This document shows positions 53,044-62,617 of a DNA stretch of 64,000 nucleotides, piece after piece. The position numbers and the translations under genes were made by a program. This stretch comes from Chloroflexota bacterium (GTDB lineage Bacteria > Chloroflexota > Dehalococcoidia > Lucifugimonadales > UBA3495). The stretch covers positions 12,164 through 76,163 of the forward strand of contig JAQBUV010000004.1 of NCBI GenBank assembly GCA_027623815.1, written 5' to 3'. The notes under the pieces were generated by a model. That model searched no databases. It was not told the DNA's origin and worked only from the letters and a program-made list of their open reading frames with translations. Position 1 is the stretch's first letter; each line of letters starts with the position of its first letter.

Positions 53044-54048
53044 ATTTCTCAAGCAACCCAATACGAGACCTACCGTCAGGCCCTGGAAGCGGAACTCAAG
53101 GAAAGTTTCGCTGCTCGGCAGGGGTTTCTTTACGATTTGCTCCGATATCATTTAGGTTGGACTGACGAGAGGGGTGAGCCGCGAGATGGGCATTTTACAC
53201 CCTACTTCGCGTCCACCCTGGCGTTGGTCACCAGCGAGGCCATTTCCGGGGAGTACATCCCGGCCTTGCCCGCCGCCATTGCGGTGGAGCTAGTGTACAA
53301 TTTCACCCTGGTGCATGGTGAAGTCCAGGCGGGACGTATCGACGCTCAAGACCGGCCCAGTATCTGGTGGGTCTGGGGCCCGGCCCAGGCCATCAACGCC
53401 GGCGACGGTTTGCACGCAATGGGACGGTCGGCAATAATGAAGTTGTCCCAGAGTGGAATTCCCGCCGACCTAGTGCTTAAAGCGGTGGAAATGCTGGATC
53501 GAACCTGTCTCACCTTATGCGAGGGCCAGTACATGGACCTGAGCTTTCAAGACCAGTTGATGGTTACCCGACAGGACTACTTCACCATGATTGAGCGAAA
53601 GTCCGGGTCGCTGGCCGGATGCGCTGCTGGGCTGGGCGCGCTGGCGGCTGGGGCCGACGATGCGGTATCAGAAAAGTACCAGCAACTTGGCTCCAAGATA
53701 GGGATGGCCTGGCAGATTACTCAGGACGTTGCAGATTTATGGGGCGAACACGGCGACGGGGTGACCCCCAGCAATCTGCTTAACAAAAAAAAGAGCCTTC
53801 CCTTAATCTATGCCCTGGAACACGCCAGCACCGCCGACAAGAGAGAGTTGACCAATATCTACATGAAGCGGGTGTTGGAAACTGAAGATGCCGCTCGTAT
53901 AGTTGCCATCCTTGACGGCGTTGAGGCCCGTCAAGACGCCGAAGGCCAAGCTTCGGAGTTGGTCGAGAAGGCTTTTGCTGAGCTTGCCGCCTTGGGATTA
54001 AGCCAGGAGCAGCAACAGGGATTTCGGCAAGTGGCGGCATGGGCTTGA
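53044..54048 (+). CDS. Polyprenyl synthetase-family protein with degenerate Asp-rich motifs; probable non-canonical ATT start
   Basis: Trans-IPPS fold sequence (AVELVYNFTLVH...AINAGDGL...CEGQYMDL...KSGSL...WQITQDVADLWG...KKSLPLIYA). The first canonical start is TTG 53137, but the frame is open and helix-like from 53041. ATT 53044 lies 7 nt after AGAGG. Confidence 0.7.
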   Translation: MSQATQYETYRQALEAELKESFAARQGFLYDLLRYHLGWTDERGEPRDGHFTPYFASTLALVTSEAISGEYIPALPAAIAVELVYNFTLVHGEVQAGRIDAQDRPSIWWVWGPAQAINAGDGLHAMGRSAIMKLSQSGIPADLVLKAVEMLDRTCLTLCEGQYMDLSFQDQLMVTRQDYFTMIERKSGSLAGCAAGLGALAAGADDAVSEKYQQLGSKIGMAWQITQDVADLWGEHGDGVTPSNLLNKKKSLPLIYALEHASTADKRELTNIYMKRVLETEDAARIVAILDGVEARQDAEGQASELVEKAFAELAALGLSQEQQQGFRQVAAWA

Positions 54049-54089
54049 AAATTAGATACGTAACTGTTTCAGGAGGACTCTAGCGGTAC

Positions 54090-55286
54090 ATGGTTAAGCG
54101 TAGTCTGGCAAGTCTGGATGTCCAGAACAAGAAAGTCTTGGTGCGGGTTGATTTCAACCTGCCCATTGAGCAGGGCGTTGAGGCTATCGCCTCTTACGAC
54201 CAACGGCTCCGGGCCACCCTGCCCACCATCAATTACCTGCTGGAGCGGGACTGCCGCGTGATATTGTGCTCGCACCTGGGCCGTCCCCGAGCTAAGGTGG
54301 ATGAAGGTCTACGGCTGGCCCCGGTGGGTGACCGTCTGGCATTTCTGCTGGGACATCCGGTTACCAGTCTCCAAGACTGTGTTGGGTCGGAGGTTGAATC
54401 AGCAGTGAACCAGATGCAGGCCGGAGATATCGTCCTGCTGGAAAATCTGCGGTTTCATTCCGGCGAAGAAAAGAACGACCCGGAATTCAGCAAATCTCTG
54501 GCAAATTTAGCCGACTGCTTTGTGATGGACGCCTTTGCGGTGGCCCACCGCGCCCACGCCTCAACCGTCGGCATCACCCAATACCTGCCATCGGCGATGG
54601 GGCTGCTGGTGCAGCGTGAAGTTGAATCGATGGGTAAGGCTTTGGAATCGCCTCAGTCCCCGCTGGCCGCGCTGCTGGGCGGGGCCAAGGTCAGCGACAA
54701 GATTCTGGTGCTGGAAAACCTGCTGGACAAGCTCGACCACCTGTATATTGGCGGCGGCATGTCGGTTACCTTCCTGCGGGCCAAATTCGTGGGGACGGGC
54801 GCATCTTCCGTGGAGGAGGACAAGCTGGATTTTGCCCGGGACATCATGGAGCGGGCGCGGGCCAAGGAAATTCAGGTTCACCTGCCAAAGGATGTGGTCA
54901 TTGCCAACGAGTTCGCCGCCGAACCGGGGCAGATCAGGACTGTCTCCGCCCAGCAGGTGCCGGCAGGCTGGTACGTGATGGACATTGGGCCAGAATCCGC
55001 TGCTGATTTTTCTCAGGGCCTAAAGACATGTAAGACCATCATTTGGAATGGGCCGATGGGCGTGTTTGAGATGCCCCGGTTCAGCCAGGGCACCAGAGTT
55101 GTTGCCAACGCCATCGCCGGACTTCCTGGAGTCACGACTGTAGTGGGCGGCGGTTCGACCGCCGAAGCGGTGGAAGAGTTGGGGCTGATGGACAAGATGA
55201 CCCACGTATCCACCGGCGGCGGCGCGTCCCTGGAATTCCTAGAAGGAAAGGAACTGCCGGGTATCGCCGCGCTGCCGGATGAGTAA
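54090..55286 (+). CDS. pgk: Phosphoglycerate kinase
   Basis: 398 aa. VLVRVDFNLP, LENLRFH, GGGDS/TGGGASLE-type motifs. Confidence 0.95.
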   Translation: MVKRSLASLDVQNKKVLVRVDFNLPIEQGVEAIASYDQRLRATLPTINYLLERDCRVILCSHLGRPRAKVDEGLRLAPVGDRLAFLLGHPVTSLQDCVGSEVESAVNQMQAGDIVLLENLRFHSGEEKNDPEFSKSLANLADCFVMDAFAVAHRAHASTVGITQYLPSAMGLLVQREVESMGKALESPQSPLAALLGGAKVSDKILVLENLLDKLDHLYIGGGMSVTFLRAKFVGTGASSVEEDKLDFARDIMERARAKEIQVHLPKDVVIANEFAAEPGQIRTVSAQQVPAGWYVMDIGPESAADFSQGLKTCKTIIWNGPMGVFEMPRFSQGTRVVANAIAGLPGVTTVVGGGSTAEAVEELGLMDKMTHVSTGGGASLEFLEGKELPGIAALPDE

Positions 55287-55306
55287 ACCCAAAAGAGGCT
55301 AAAAAT

Positions 55307-56512
55307 ATGATTGACCTGGAACAACTGCACGATTGTTACGTCACGACTAGCTCCAAGATAGTATTGCTGGTGGTGGACGGCTTGGGCGGCCTGGCCCACC
55401 CGGACACCGGCAAGTCGGAGCTGGAAACCGCCAACACGCCCAACCTGGACGCGATGGCCCAGCGGAGCGCCTGCGGGTTGACCACGCCGGTCATCCCCGG
55501 CGTCGCCCCGGGCAGCGGCCCCGGCCACCTGGCATTGTTCGGTTATGATCCGCTGAAGTACATCATTGGTCGGGGCGCGCTTGAGGCACTGGGCATTGAA
55601 GTGGAGCTACGACCCGGCGACGTGGCGGCGCGGGGCAACTTCTGCACCGTGGATGATGCCGGTAATCTGGTTGACCGCCGGGCGGGACGCATTCCCACCG
55701 AGCTATCCACGCCACTGTGTCATCGGCTCGACCAGATCGAGTTGGATGGCGTACAGTGCGACGTTTTCCCGGTGCAGGACTACCGATTTGTGCTGCGGCT
55801 GCGGGGCGAAGGGCTGTCCGAGATGATCACCGAGACCGACCCGCAGATCACCGGAGTGCCAGATTTGGCGGTCAAGCCAATCCAGCCTGCCGCCGAAAAG
55901 ACCGCCGGACTGGTCAACCAGTTCGTCGCCAAGGCCCGACAACTGCTGTCCGAAGAGGAACGGGGCAACATGGTGCTGCTGCGTGGCTGGGCGCAGTTGC
56001 CCAGTTTGCCGCCAATGGGCGATGTCTACCGCCTGAATCCAGCCGGAATCGCCGCCTACCCCATGTACCGGGGTCTGGCCACCGTTGCCAGCATGAAGAT
56101 CATACCCACCGGCCATACCTTCGCCGATGAAGTCGAGACTCTGCGCCAGAACTACGATTCTCACGATTTCTTCTTCATCCACTACAAGCCCGCCGACGCC
56201 GCTGGCGAAGACGGCGACTTTGACGCCAAGGTGAAGACACTGGAAGACCTTGACCCATTCATCCCCCAAATTCAAGCGCTGAACCCAGACGTATTCATGG
56301 TGGCTGGCGACCACTCAACCCCGGCGATCATGGCGGCCCATAGCTGGCATCCGGTGCCCTTCATGCTGAATTCCAAGTTAACCAAAGGCGAAGGTATACC
56401 CAGGTTCAACGAGCGGGACTGCGCTCAGGGCGCTTTGGGCAGGATTCCTGCCACCAGCATCATGCTGCTGGCATTGTCCCACTCCGGCAAGTTGAACAAG
56501 TTCGGCCCTTAA
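55307..56512 (+). CDS. apgM: Cofactor-independent phosphoglycerate mutase, archaeal type
   Basis: 401 aa. VLLVVDGLGG....TPNLDAMA and ...VAGDHSTP. Sits between pgk and tpiA. Confidence 0.85.
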   Translation: MIDLEQLHDCYVTTSSKIVLLVVDGLGGLAHPDTGKSELETANTPNLDAMAQRSACGLTTPVIPGVAPGSGPGHLALFGYDPLKYIIGRGALEALGIEVELRPGDVAARGNFCTVDDAGNLVDRRAGRIPTELSTPLCHRLDQIELDGVQCDVFPVQDYRFVLRLRGEGLSEMITETDPQITGVPDLAVKPIQPAAEKTAGLVNQFVAKARQLLSEEERGNMVLLRGWAQLPSLPPMGDVYRLNPAGIAAYPMYRGLATVASMKIIPTGHTFADEVETLRQNYDSHDFFFIHYKPADAAGEDGDFDAKVKTLEDLDPFIPQIQALNPDVFMVAGDHSTPAIMAAHSWHPVPFMLNSKLTKGEGIPRFNERDCAQGALGRIPATSIMLLALSHSGKLNKFGP

Positions 56513-56524
56513 GGAGTTCGAACG

Positions 56525-57280
56525 ATGCCCAACACGCTCATTGCCGGCAACTGGAAAATGAACAAGAACGCCGCCGAGGCTGTCGAACTGGCCCGGGCGG
56601 TTAAAGATGGCCTTACTGGCCTGATTGGCGCGGAGGTAGTGCTCTGCCCGCCCGCAATTTCGCTGATTGGCGTAAGAGATGCAGTGCAGGGCTCCCTGGT
56701 CAAAGTCGGCGCGCAGAACATGCACTTCGAGGAGTCCGGGGCCTTCACTGGCGAAATCTCGCCGCTGATGCTCCGTGACGTTTGCGACTACGTGATCCTC
56801 GGCCACTCTGAGCGCCGCCAATTCTTCGGCGAGACCGACGAGTTGGTGAACCAGAAAGTCAGATCGGCCCTCCAGCACGGCCTGCGCCCCATCATGTGCG
56901 TCGGAGAAACACTGGCCGAGAGGGAAGGCGGGCAGGCAGGCTCGGTGATTGAGGGGCAGGTGCGGGCCGGACTGGCCGAGGTTATTGACATAATCGGATT
57001 AGTTGTCGCTTATGAACCCATCTGGGCCATCGGCACCGGGCGGGCTGCCACGCCGGAAATCGCCGCTGGAATCATGGGCGGTTCCATTCAAGAGACTTTG
57101 CGCGCTATGTTCGGCCCGGCAGCCGACGAAGTGCCGATACTGTACGGCGGCAGCGTCAACCCGGGCAACGTCACCAGCTATATGAGTCAGGACCCGATCC
57201 ACGGTGCACTGGTGGGTGGCGCCAGCCTGCAAGCCGACCAGTTCGTGGAAATTGTCAAGCTGGCCGCCGCTGCCAAGTAG
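56525..57280 (+). CDS. tpiA: Triosephosphate isomerase
   Basis: 251 aa. IAGNWKMN, GHSERR, AYEPIWAIGTG, YGGSV. Confidence 0.95.
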   Translation: MPNTLIAGNWKMNKNAAEAVELARAVKDGLTGLIGAEVVLCPPAISLIGVRDAVQGSLVKVGAQNMHFEESGAFTGEISPLMLRDVCDYVILGHSERRQFFGETDELVNQKVRSALQHGLRPIMCVGETLAEREGGQAGSVIEGQVRAGLAEVIDIIGLVVAYEPIWAIGTGRAATPEIAAGIMGGSIQETLRAMFGPAADEVPILYGGSVNPGNVTSYMSQDPIHGALVGGASLQADQFVEIVKLAAAAK

Positions 57281-58228
57281 TTGGCTCAATCTGTGAATCC
57301 TATGGTGTCCATTGTCGGGCCCACCGCCTCAGGTAAGACCAGGCTGGCCGTCTCCCTAGCGGAACGATTTCAGGGCGAGATCATCAACGCCGACAGCCGC
57401 CAGGTCTACCGCTACCTGGACATCGGCACCGCCAAGCCCACTGCCGAAGAGCAGCGGCAAGCCCCTCACCATCTGCTGGACCTGCTTAATCCAGACCAGG
57501 ACTTTAGTCTGGGCGCCTTTCTGTCCCTGGCCAAAAACGCGGTTGAAGACCTTCACCGCCGAGACCGAATGCCCTTGCTAGTCGGCGGCACCGGCCAGTA
57601 CATCTTGGCTTTTCTGGAAGGCTGGAACGTGCCCGAGATACCGCCCGATGAAGATTTTCGCCGAGCTAAGGAGCAGGAAGCCGAGGATATCGGCCCGGTA
57701 GCGTTGCACCAGCAACTGGAGGCCATCGACCCGCAGCGCGCCAACCAGCTAGATTACCGCAACGTCCGGCGAGTGATTCGCGCCCTGGAGATTTATCACG
57801 TTACCGGGCAGAAACCCTCGGCAATTAGCAACCGCACCCCGCCGGTTCAAGACTCGCTGGTCATTGGCCTGACTTTGGAGCGGCAGGAACTCTACGCCCG
57901 CATCGACCGGCGCGTCGATAACATGATGGCCGCCGGGTTCCTGGACGAAGTGCGCCGGTTGTCAGCAATGGGATACTTATTGGGAACCGGCCCGCTGGAC
58001 AGTCTGGGGTACCGAGAGCTGGGACAACACCTGTCGGGAGAACTCGATTTGGACGAGGCGGTGCAGCGCACCAAGTTTCAGACTCACCGACTGGCCCGCC
58101 GTCAGTATTCCTGGTTCAAGCTTACTGACCCGCGTATCCACTGGTTGGACGCCGCCGACCCGGCATTGGAGACCGACGCGTCCCGGCTGATCGAAGATTA
58201 CCTTCGCCAAGGGCACGTGGTACAATAA
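57281..58228 (+). CDS. miaA: tRNA dimethylallyltransferase
   Basis: 315 aa. P-loop GPTASGKT and DSRQVYR..DIGTAKP. The start is TTG 57281 (directly after the tpiA TAG) or ATG 57302. Confidence 0.92.
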   Translation: MAQSVNPMVSIVGPTASGKTRLAVSLAERFQGEIINADSRQVYRYLDIGTAKPTAEEQRQAPHHLLDLLNPDQDFSLGAFLSLAKNAVEDLHRRDRMPLLVGGTGQYILAFLEGWNVPEIPPDEDFRRAKEQEAEDIGPVALHQQLEAIDPQRANQLDYRNVRRVIRALEIYHVTGQKPSAISNRTPPVQDSLVIGLTLERQELYARIDRRVDNMMAAGFLDEVRRLSAMGYLLGTGPLDSLGYRELGQHLSGELDLDEAVQRTKFQTHRLARRQYSWFKLTDPRIHWLDAADPALETDASRLIEDYLRQGHVVQ

Positions 58229-58277
58229 TGCTCAAGCCAAACCGAGTAAAATTGGCCTCGGCGCAGGGGCTTCATAG

Positions 58278-59153
58278 ATGAAATTCACCAAGATGCAAGG
58301 CGCGGGCAACGACTATATCTACATTGACGCGCGCGATCAGAACCAGGACTGGCCCAGTCTTTCCCGGAAGATGAGCGACCGCCACTTCGGCATCGGCAGC
58401 GATGGTATCATCCTGATCCAAGACTCCGATGTGGCTGATCTCAAGATGCGCATGTTCAACGCCGATGGCTCGGAGGGGGAGATGTGCGGTAATGGTATCC
58501 GTTGCTTCACCAAGTACGCCATCGATCATAAGATTGTCAACCCTCCGCAACAGGCCCTCAACGTGGACACGCTGGCTGGAATACGTCAGGTGGTGCCGGT
58601 GTATCAGGGCAAGACAATCACTGGCGCCCGGGTGTCAATGGGAATGCCCACCTTCGAGCTGGAGCGGATACCGGTGAGGTTGGACTCACCCTTGACGGAT
58701 ATGCCAGTGCCGGTACTGAATTACCCGGTGCATCCAGGCGACCTTCGACTGCTGATGAGTTTTGTTTCGATGGGTAACCCTCACGCTGTCACGTTCCTGG
58801 ACCAGCCGGTGGCCGAATTCCCCCTGCACGATATCGGTCCATTGGTTGAGCACGACCCCATGTTTCCCCGAAGGGTCAACTTTGAGATAGTGAATCGCAA
58901 CAATGATCGCCACCTCACTGCGCGAGTTTGGGAGCGGGGTTCCGGCGAGACTATGGCCTGCGGCACTGGTGCCTGCGCCATTGCGGTGGCCTCCCGATTG
59001 TTGGGGTATACCGGCGATACAGTTGACATAACTCTGCCAGGCGGTACTTTGACCGTCGACTGGGACGGCGAAGGCGAAGTCTATTTGGCAGGCCCCGCCG
59101 AGGAAGTATTTAGCGGTGAGTGGGAGTTACCTGGCGCAGGTCAGGGTAATTGA
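58278..59153 (+). CDS. dapF: Diaminopimelate epimerase
   Basis: 291 aa. MKFTKMQGAGNDYIYID. Catalytic Cys motifs GEMCGNG and TMACGTGA. Confidence 0.95.
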   Translation: MKFTKMQGAGNDYIYIDARDQNQDWPSLSRKMSDRHFGIGSDGIILIQDSDVADLKMRMFNADGSEGEMCGNGIRCFTKYAIDHKIVNPPQQALNVDTLAGIRQVVPVYQGKTITGARVSMGMPTFELERIPVRLDSPLTDMPVPVLNYPVHPGDLRLLMSFVSMGNPHAVTFLDQPVAEFPLHDIGPLVEHDPMFPRRVNFEIVNRNNDRHLTARVWERGSGETMACGTGACAIAVASRLLGYTGDTVDITLPGGTLTVDWDGEGEVYLAGPAEEVFSGEWELPGAGQGN

Positions 59154-59168
59154 TAAGGACTAATAATC

Positions 59169-60347
59169 ATGAAATTCTCTAGTCGTTTGGGCAAACTCAA
59201 GCCCTATCCCTTCGTGGAAATATCCCGGATCATCACAGCGAAGCGAGCCGCCGGTGCGGATGTGGTCACCTTTGGCATTGGCGACCCGGACATTCCCACG
59301 CCGCAACCCTTCATCGACCGGCTGCTCACGGCCTGCCAAGACCCGCCCAACCATCGGTATCCCGAAACTGACGGCTTGCCCGAACTGCGCCGGGCGATGG
59401 CCCACTGGTATCAGAACCGATTCGATGTCAAGCTGGACCCGGATACCGAAGTCCTGCCGCTGATCGGAGCCAAGGAGGGCATAGGTCACGTGGCCTTTTG
59501 CTTTCTTGATCCTGGCGACCTGGCTCTGATACCCGACCCGGCCTATCCGGTGTACGAGGTAGGCACCATGTTTGCCGGTGCCGAGAGCTACGTCATGCCG
59601 CTGCGAGAGGAAAACGGCTGGCTGCCGGAGTTGGACTCAATTCCCAACAATGTGGCCAGGACCGCCAAGGTAATGTGGTTGAACTATCCCAACAACCCCA
59701 CCAGCGCCGTGGCCTCCACCGAAGATTTTGCCTCGGCCATCGCGTACTGCAAAGAGCACGACATCGCCTTGATGCATGACGCGGCCTATAGCGAGATCGG
59801 CTACGATGGCTACCGTGCTGGCAGCTTCTTGCAGGTGGATGGGGCCAGAGACATCGGCCTTGAATTCCATTCGCTGTCCAAGAGCTACAACATGACCGGC
59901 TGGCGGGTCGGCATGGCGGTGGGCAACGCCGACATGATCAAGGCCCTGTTCCAGATCAAGGCCAATCTGGACTCAGGCATCCCGCAGGCGATCCAAGAAA
60001 TGGCGATTGAAGCCCTCACTGGTCCGCAGACTTGCGTCGACGACAATATCGCTATTTATCAGAGGCGGCGAGACCGGGTTATATCTGCCTTGACGACTAT
60101 GGGTCTGAAAGTAGAAGTGCCCAAGTCCAGCCTATACATCTGGCCTCGCGTGCCCCAGGGATTCACCTCAGCGGAGTTCGCGGCACGATTGTTGGACGAA
60201 ATAGACATTGTAGTCACGCCAGGCTCCAGCTACGGACAGCGAGGTGAGGGATACATTAGGTTCTCCCTGACCACCCCCGACGCACAGGTGGAAAAAGGTT
60301 GTCAGCGTCTGGAAAACTGGACGATACCCACCCCCCAAGGAGGTTAG
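59169..60347 (+). CDS. dapL: LL-diaminopimelate aminotransferase (class I/II aminotransferase)
   Basis: 392 aa. KLKPYPFVEI......DVVTFGIGDPDIPTP, SLSKSYNMTGWR (PLP Lys). Adjacent to dapF. Confidence 0.8.
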   Translation: MKFSSRLGKLKPYPFVEISRIITAKRAAGADVVTFGIGDPDIPTPQPFIDRLLTACQDPPNHRYPETDGLPELRRAMAHWYQNRFDVKLDPDTEVLPLIGAKEGIGHVAFCFLDPGDLALIPDPAYPVYEVGTMFAGAESYVMPLREENGWLPELDSIPNNVARTAKVMWLNYPNNPTSAVASTEDFASAIAYCKEHDIALMHDAAYSEIGYDGYRAGSFLQVDGARDIGLEFHSLSKSYNMTGWRVGMAVGNADMIKALFQIKANLDSGIPQAIQEMAIEALTGPQTCVDDNIAIYQRRRDRVISALTTMGLKVEVPKSSLYIWPRVPQGFTSAEFAARLLDEIDIVVTPGSSYGQRGEGYIRFSLTTPDAQVEKGCQRLENWTIPTPQGG

Positions 60348-60350
60348 CCC

Positions 60351-61517
60351 ATACCAAGAAAGCTGGTTTCCTCAGAGCCCGAACCCGAAAAAGCCGTCCT
60401 GGTCGCCGTAGAACTAAAAAAGGGGCGCTCCCATCCCTGGGAGTTGAAGGATACGCTGATTGAGTTGGCCTACCTGGCTAACACGGCGGGTGCCGTGGTG
60501 GTCGGTCAAGTGACCCAGCATTCTGATCGGCTGACCACCACCTATGTCGGCAAGGGCAAGGTAGAAGAGATTAAAAACCTGGTCGAAGAGCTGAAAGCAG
60601 ATGTAGTCATCTTCGATGACGAGCTGACCCCCACCCAGCAACGCAACTTGGAGGAAGCCCTCGGGTCTAAGGTAATCGACCGCACCGCCCTGATTCTGGA
60701 CGTATTCGGTCGCCACGCCCGCACCCATGAAGGCAAGCTTCAGGTCGAACTGGCCCAGCACCAGTACCTGCTGCCTCGGCTGGTGGGACAGTGGTCTCAC
60801 CTGGAACGTCTTGGCGGCGGCATCGGCACTCGCGGGCCTGGCGAGAGTCAATTGGAGACCGACCGGCGATTAATACGCCGCCGTATTCAGAAGATTCAAG
60901 AGGAACTGGAAAAGGTTAAACAGCGGCGAACATTGCACATGGGTCGTCGCAAGAAGGCCGGCATACCGATGGCAACCCTGGTGGGGTACACCAATGCTGG
61001 CAAGAGCACCCTGTTCAATGCTCTGAGCGACGCTGGGGTTGAAGCCGAAGACCAGTTGTTCTCCACCCTGGACTCGATAACTCGCCGCATCCGGCTGCCC
61101 TCCGGCGGCGAACTGCTGCTGAGCGACACGGTGGGTTTCATTCAGAAGCTCTCCCCGAAGGTGGTGGCGGCCTTCCGGGCCACGCTGGAGGAACTTGCCA
61201 GCTCCGACATCCTCCTCCACGTCATTGACGTAACCCACCCGAAAGCGCCGGAGCAGGCACAGGTGGTGGAGGATACCCTGGCCGACCTGGGCCTGAGCGA
61301 CAAGCCCCGGCTGCTGGTGATGAACAAGATGGACTTGCTGGGCGACGATAACGAACTCACCGCCCGATCCTTGCTGCCCGGCATGGAAGACCAACCCAGC
61401 GTTTTGATCTCAGCGGCAAAAAAGTGGAACCTGGAATCGCTGCTGGAGGAAATTGAGGCGCGGCTGGTGGACATTGATGGGCCGCTGACGGTGGTTACTT
61501 CTGCGACGGGGGGGTAG
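60351..61517 (+). CDS. hflX: GTPase HflX; probable non-canonical ATA start (first canonical start is TTG 60444)
   Basis: HflX N-domain begins upstream of the tracked ORF ([12 protein letters not shown]... at 60387 onward). G domain [25 protein letters not shown] (60337-60343) lies 7 nt before ATA 60351. There is no ATG/GTG/TTG in frame between 60348 and 60443. Confidence 0.85.
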   Translation: MPRKLVSSEPEPEKAVLVAVELKKGRSHPWELKDTLIELAYLANTAGAVVVGQVTQHSDRLTTTYVGKGKVEEIKNLVEELKADVVIFDDELTPTQQRNLEEALGSKVIDRTALILDVFGRHARTHEGKLQVELAQHQYLLPRLVGQWSHLERLGGGIGTRGPGESQLETDRRLIRRRIQKIQEELEKVKQRRTLHMGRRKKAGIPMATLVGYTNAGKSTLFNALSDAGVEAEDQLFSTLDSITRRIRLPSGGELLLSDTVGFIQKLSPKVVAAFRATLEELASSDILLHVIDVTHPKAPEQAQVVEDTLADLGLSDKPRLLVMNKMDLLGDDNELTARSLLPGMEDQPSVLISAAKKWNLESLLEEIEARLVDIDGPLTVVTSATGG

Positions 61518-61574
61518 CTGTGGTAGATCCATTCTGTAACTCTCAATCCGCTAGATTTAGAACGAACATAAGCG

Positions 61575-62417
61575 GTGTTGTTGGGTAAAATGCAAAATAT
61601 TAAAGCAGCCCAAAGGGACCAGCTAATCTACGAGTTCGGAATCCTTGTCCAACCAATTAAGGAGTTAGCTAGACAAGTCAATCCGCCATCCATAGCGGAC
61701 TATCGAATTGCCATTGCAAAGGTGCAGTCCGGAGACGGTGCATGGCGCCTTCAGGTAAAAGAATTCACTACCTTCGCGCTTGATATTGTTTTCAACCAGG
61801 AGTTCCAGAGATTGTCCCACGTTCCTGAAAGATTCGGGAACGGCCTAGCAGGTCTCCTCAGGGAGCCTGACTTTCAAGATGCGCTTGAAAGGCTGCACGC
61901 AAAATTCCGAGGCCAAGTGGCTAATATGAGAAAGGATTTTTTTGATTGCCTCAACCAAGTACCAGTTGATTGGGAACCAGTCATTTTTCAAGCAAATACT
62001 CCCTTTACTGCCTACCTCAGAATCAAAGAAGTTCTTGCCGTGGTTAATGAGCGATTTCACTATTTTGATAGATATCTCCAGCCGGACTTTTTTGATCTCT
62101 TTCTAAGGAGAGTAAATAGAGATGTTTCAGTTCGCCTGGTGACCACCGCTGGCTCTAGTAACTATGGGGTAAAAGCTGTCAGTGCTATCTCTCAACTGGC
62201 CAGCAAAGAATTCCCAGATTTCCAGTTAATTGAAGTTATTCCTTCCCAGGTGCATGATCGGAACTTACGTATAGATAACCAAATATTCTCTCTTGGCCCC
62301 GGAGTAGCCCAGGCAGGCATGGCCTTGACCAACTTTGGTCCTTCAGATAATTCCCCGGCTGCTCAAGACGCATTCGACCAGATAATTGCAGGCGGACGCA
62401 TTGTGCACAAATCTTAA
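61575..62417 (+). CDS. Hypothetical protein in a low-GC islet; C-terminal half resembles a single degenerate PLD/HKD-type domain (HxRx4D)
   Basis: 280-aa ORF (ATG at 61590 is also possible). ...VSVRLVTT... then VHDRNLRIDNQIFSLGPG, which fits HxKx4Dx6G with K->R and loses the GSxN Ser/Asn. GC is about 40-42% in two hand-counted 60-nt lines, against about 63% in hflX. Confidence 0.5.
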   Translation: MLLGKMQNIKAAQRDQLIYEFGILVQPIKELARQVNPPSIADYRIAIAKVQSGDGAWRLQVKEFTTFALDIVFNQEFQRLSHVPERFGNGLAGLLREPDFQDALERLHAKFRGQVANMRKDFFDCLNQVPVDWEPVIFQANTPFTAYLRIKEVLAVVNERFHYFDRYLQPDFFDLFLRRVNRDVSVRLVTTAGSSNYGVKAVSAISQLASKEFPDFQLIEVIPSQVHDRNLRIDNQIFSLGPGVAQAGMALTNFGPSDNSPAAQDAFDQIIAGGRIVHKS

Positions 62418-62617
62418 GGCAACTAATCGCGGTTCACCAAGAATCTCCTACAGGTTGGTTCGCACAAGGTACGTTATGTAAGCTATGCCTTGAGCTGGTA
62501 TTGACATAACGTGCATATCTGGCAATTCGGCATTCTTTCCCCTGAAATTCCTTTTTATGTCTCGCACGATTTATTTGGGTCTGGTATTGTTAGTGCGGTT
62601 AGTTTTCTCTAAACCGC

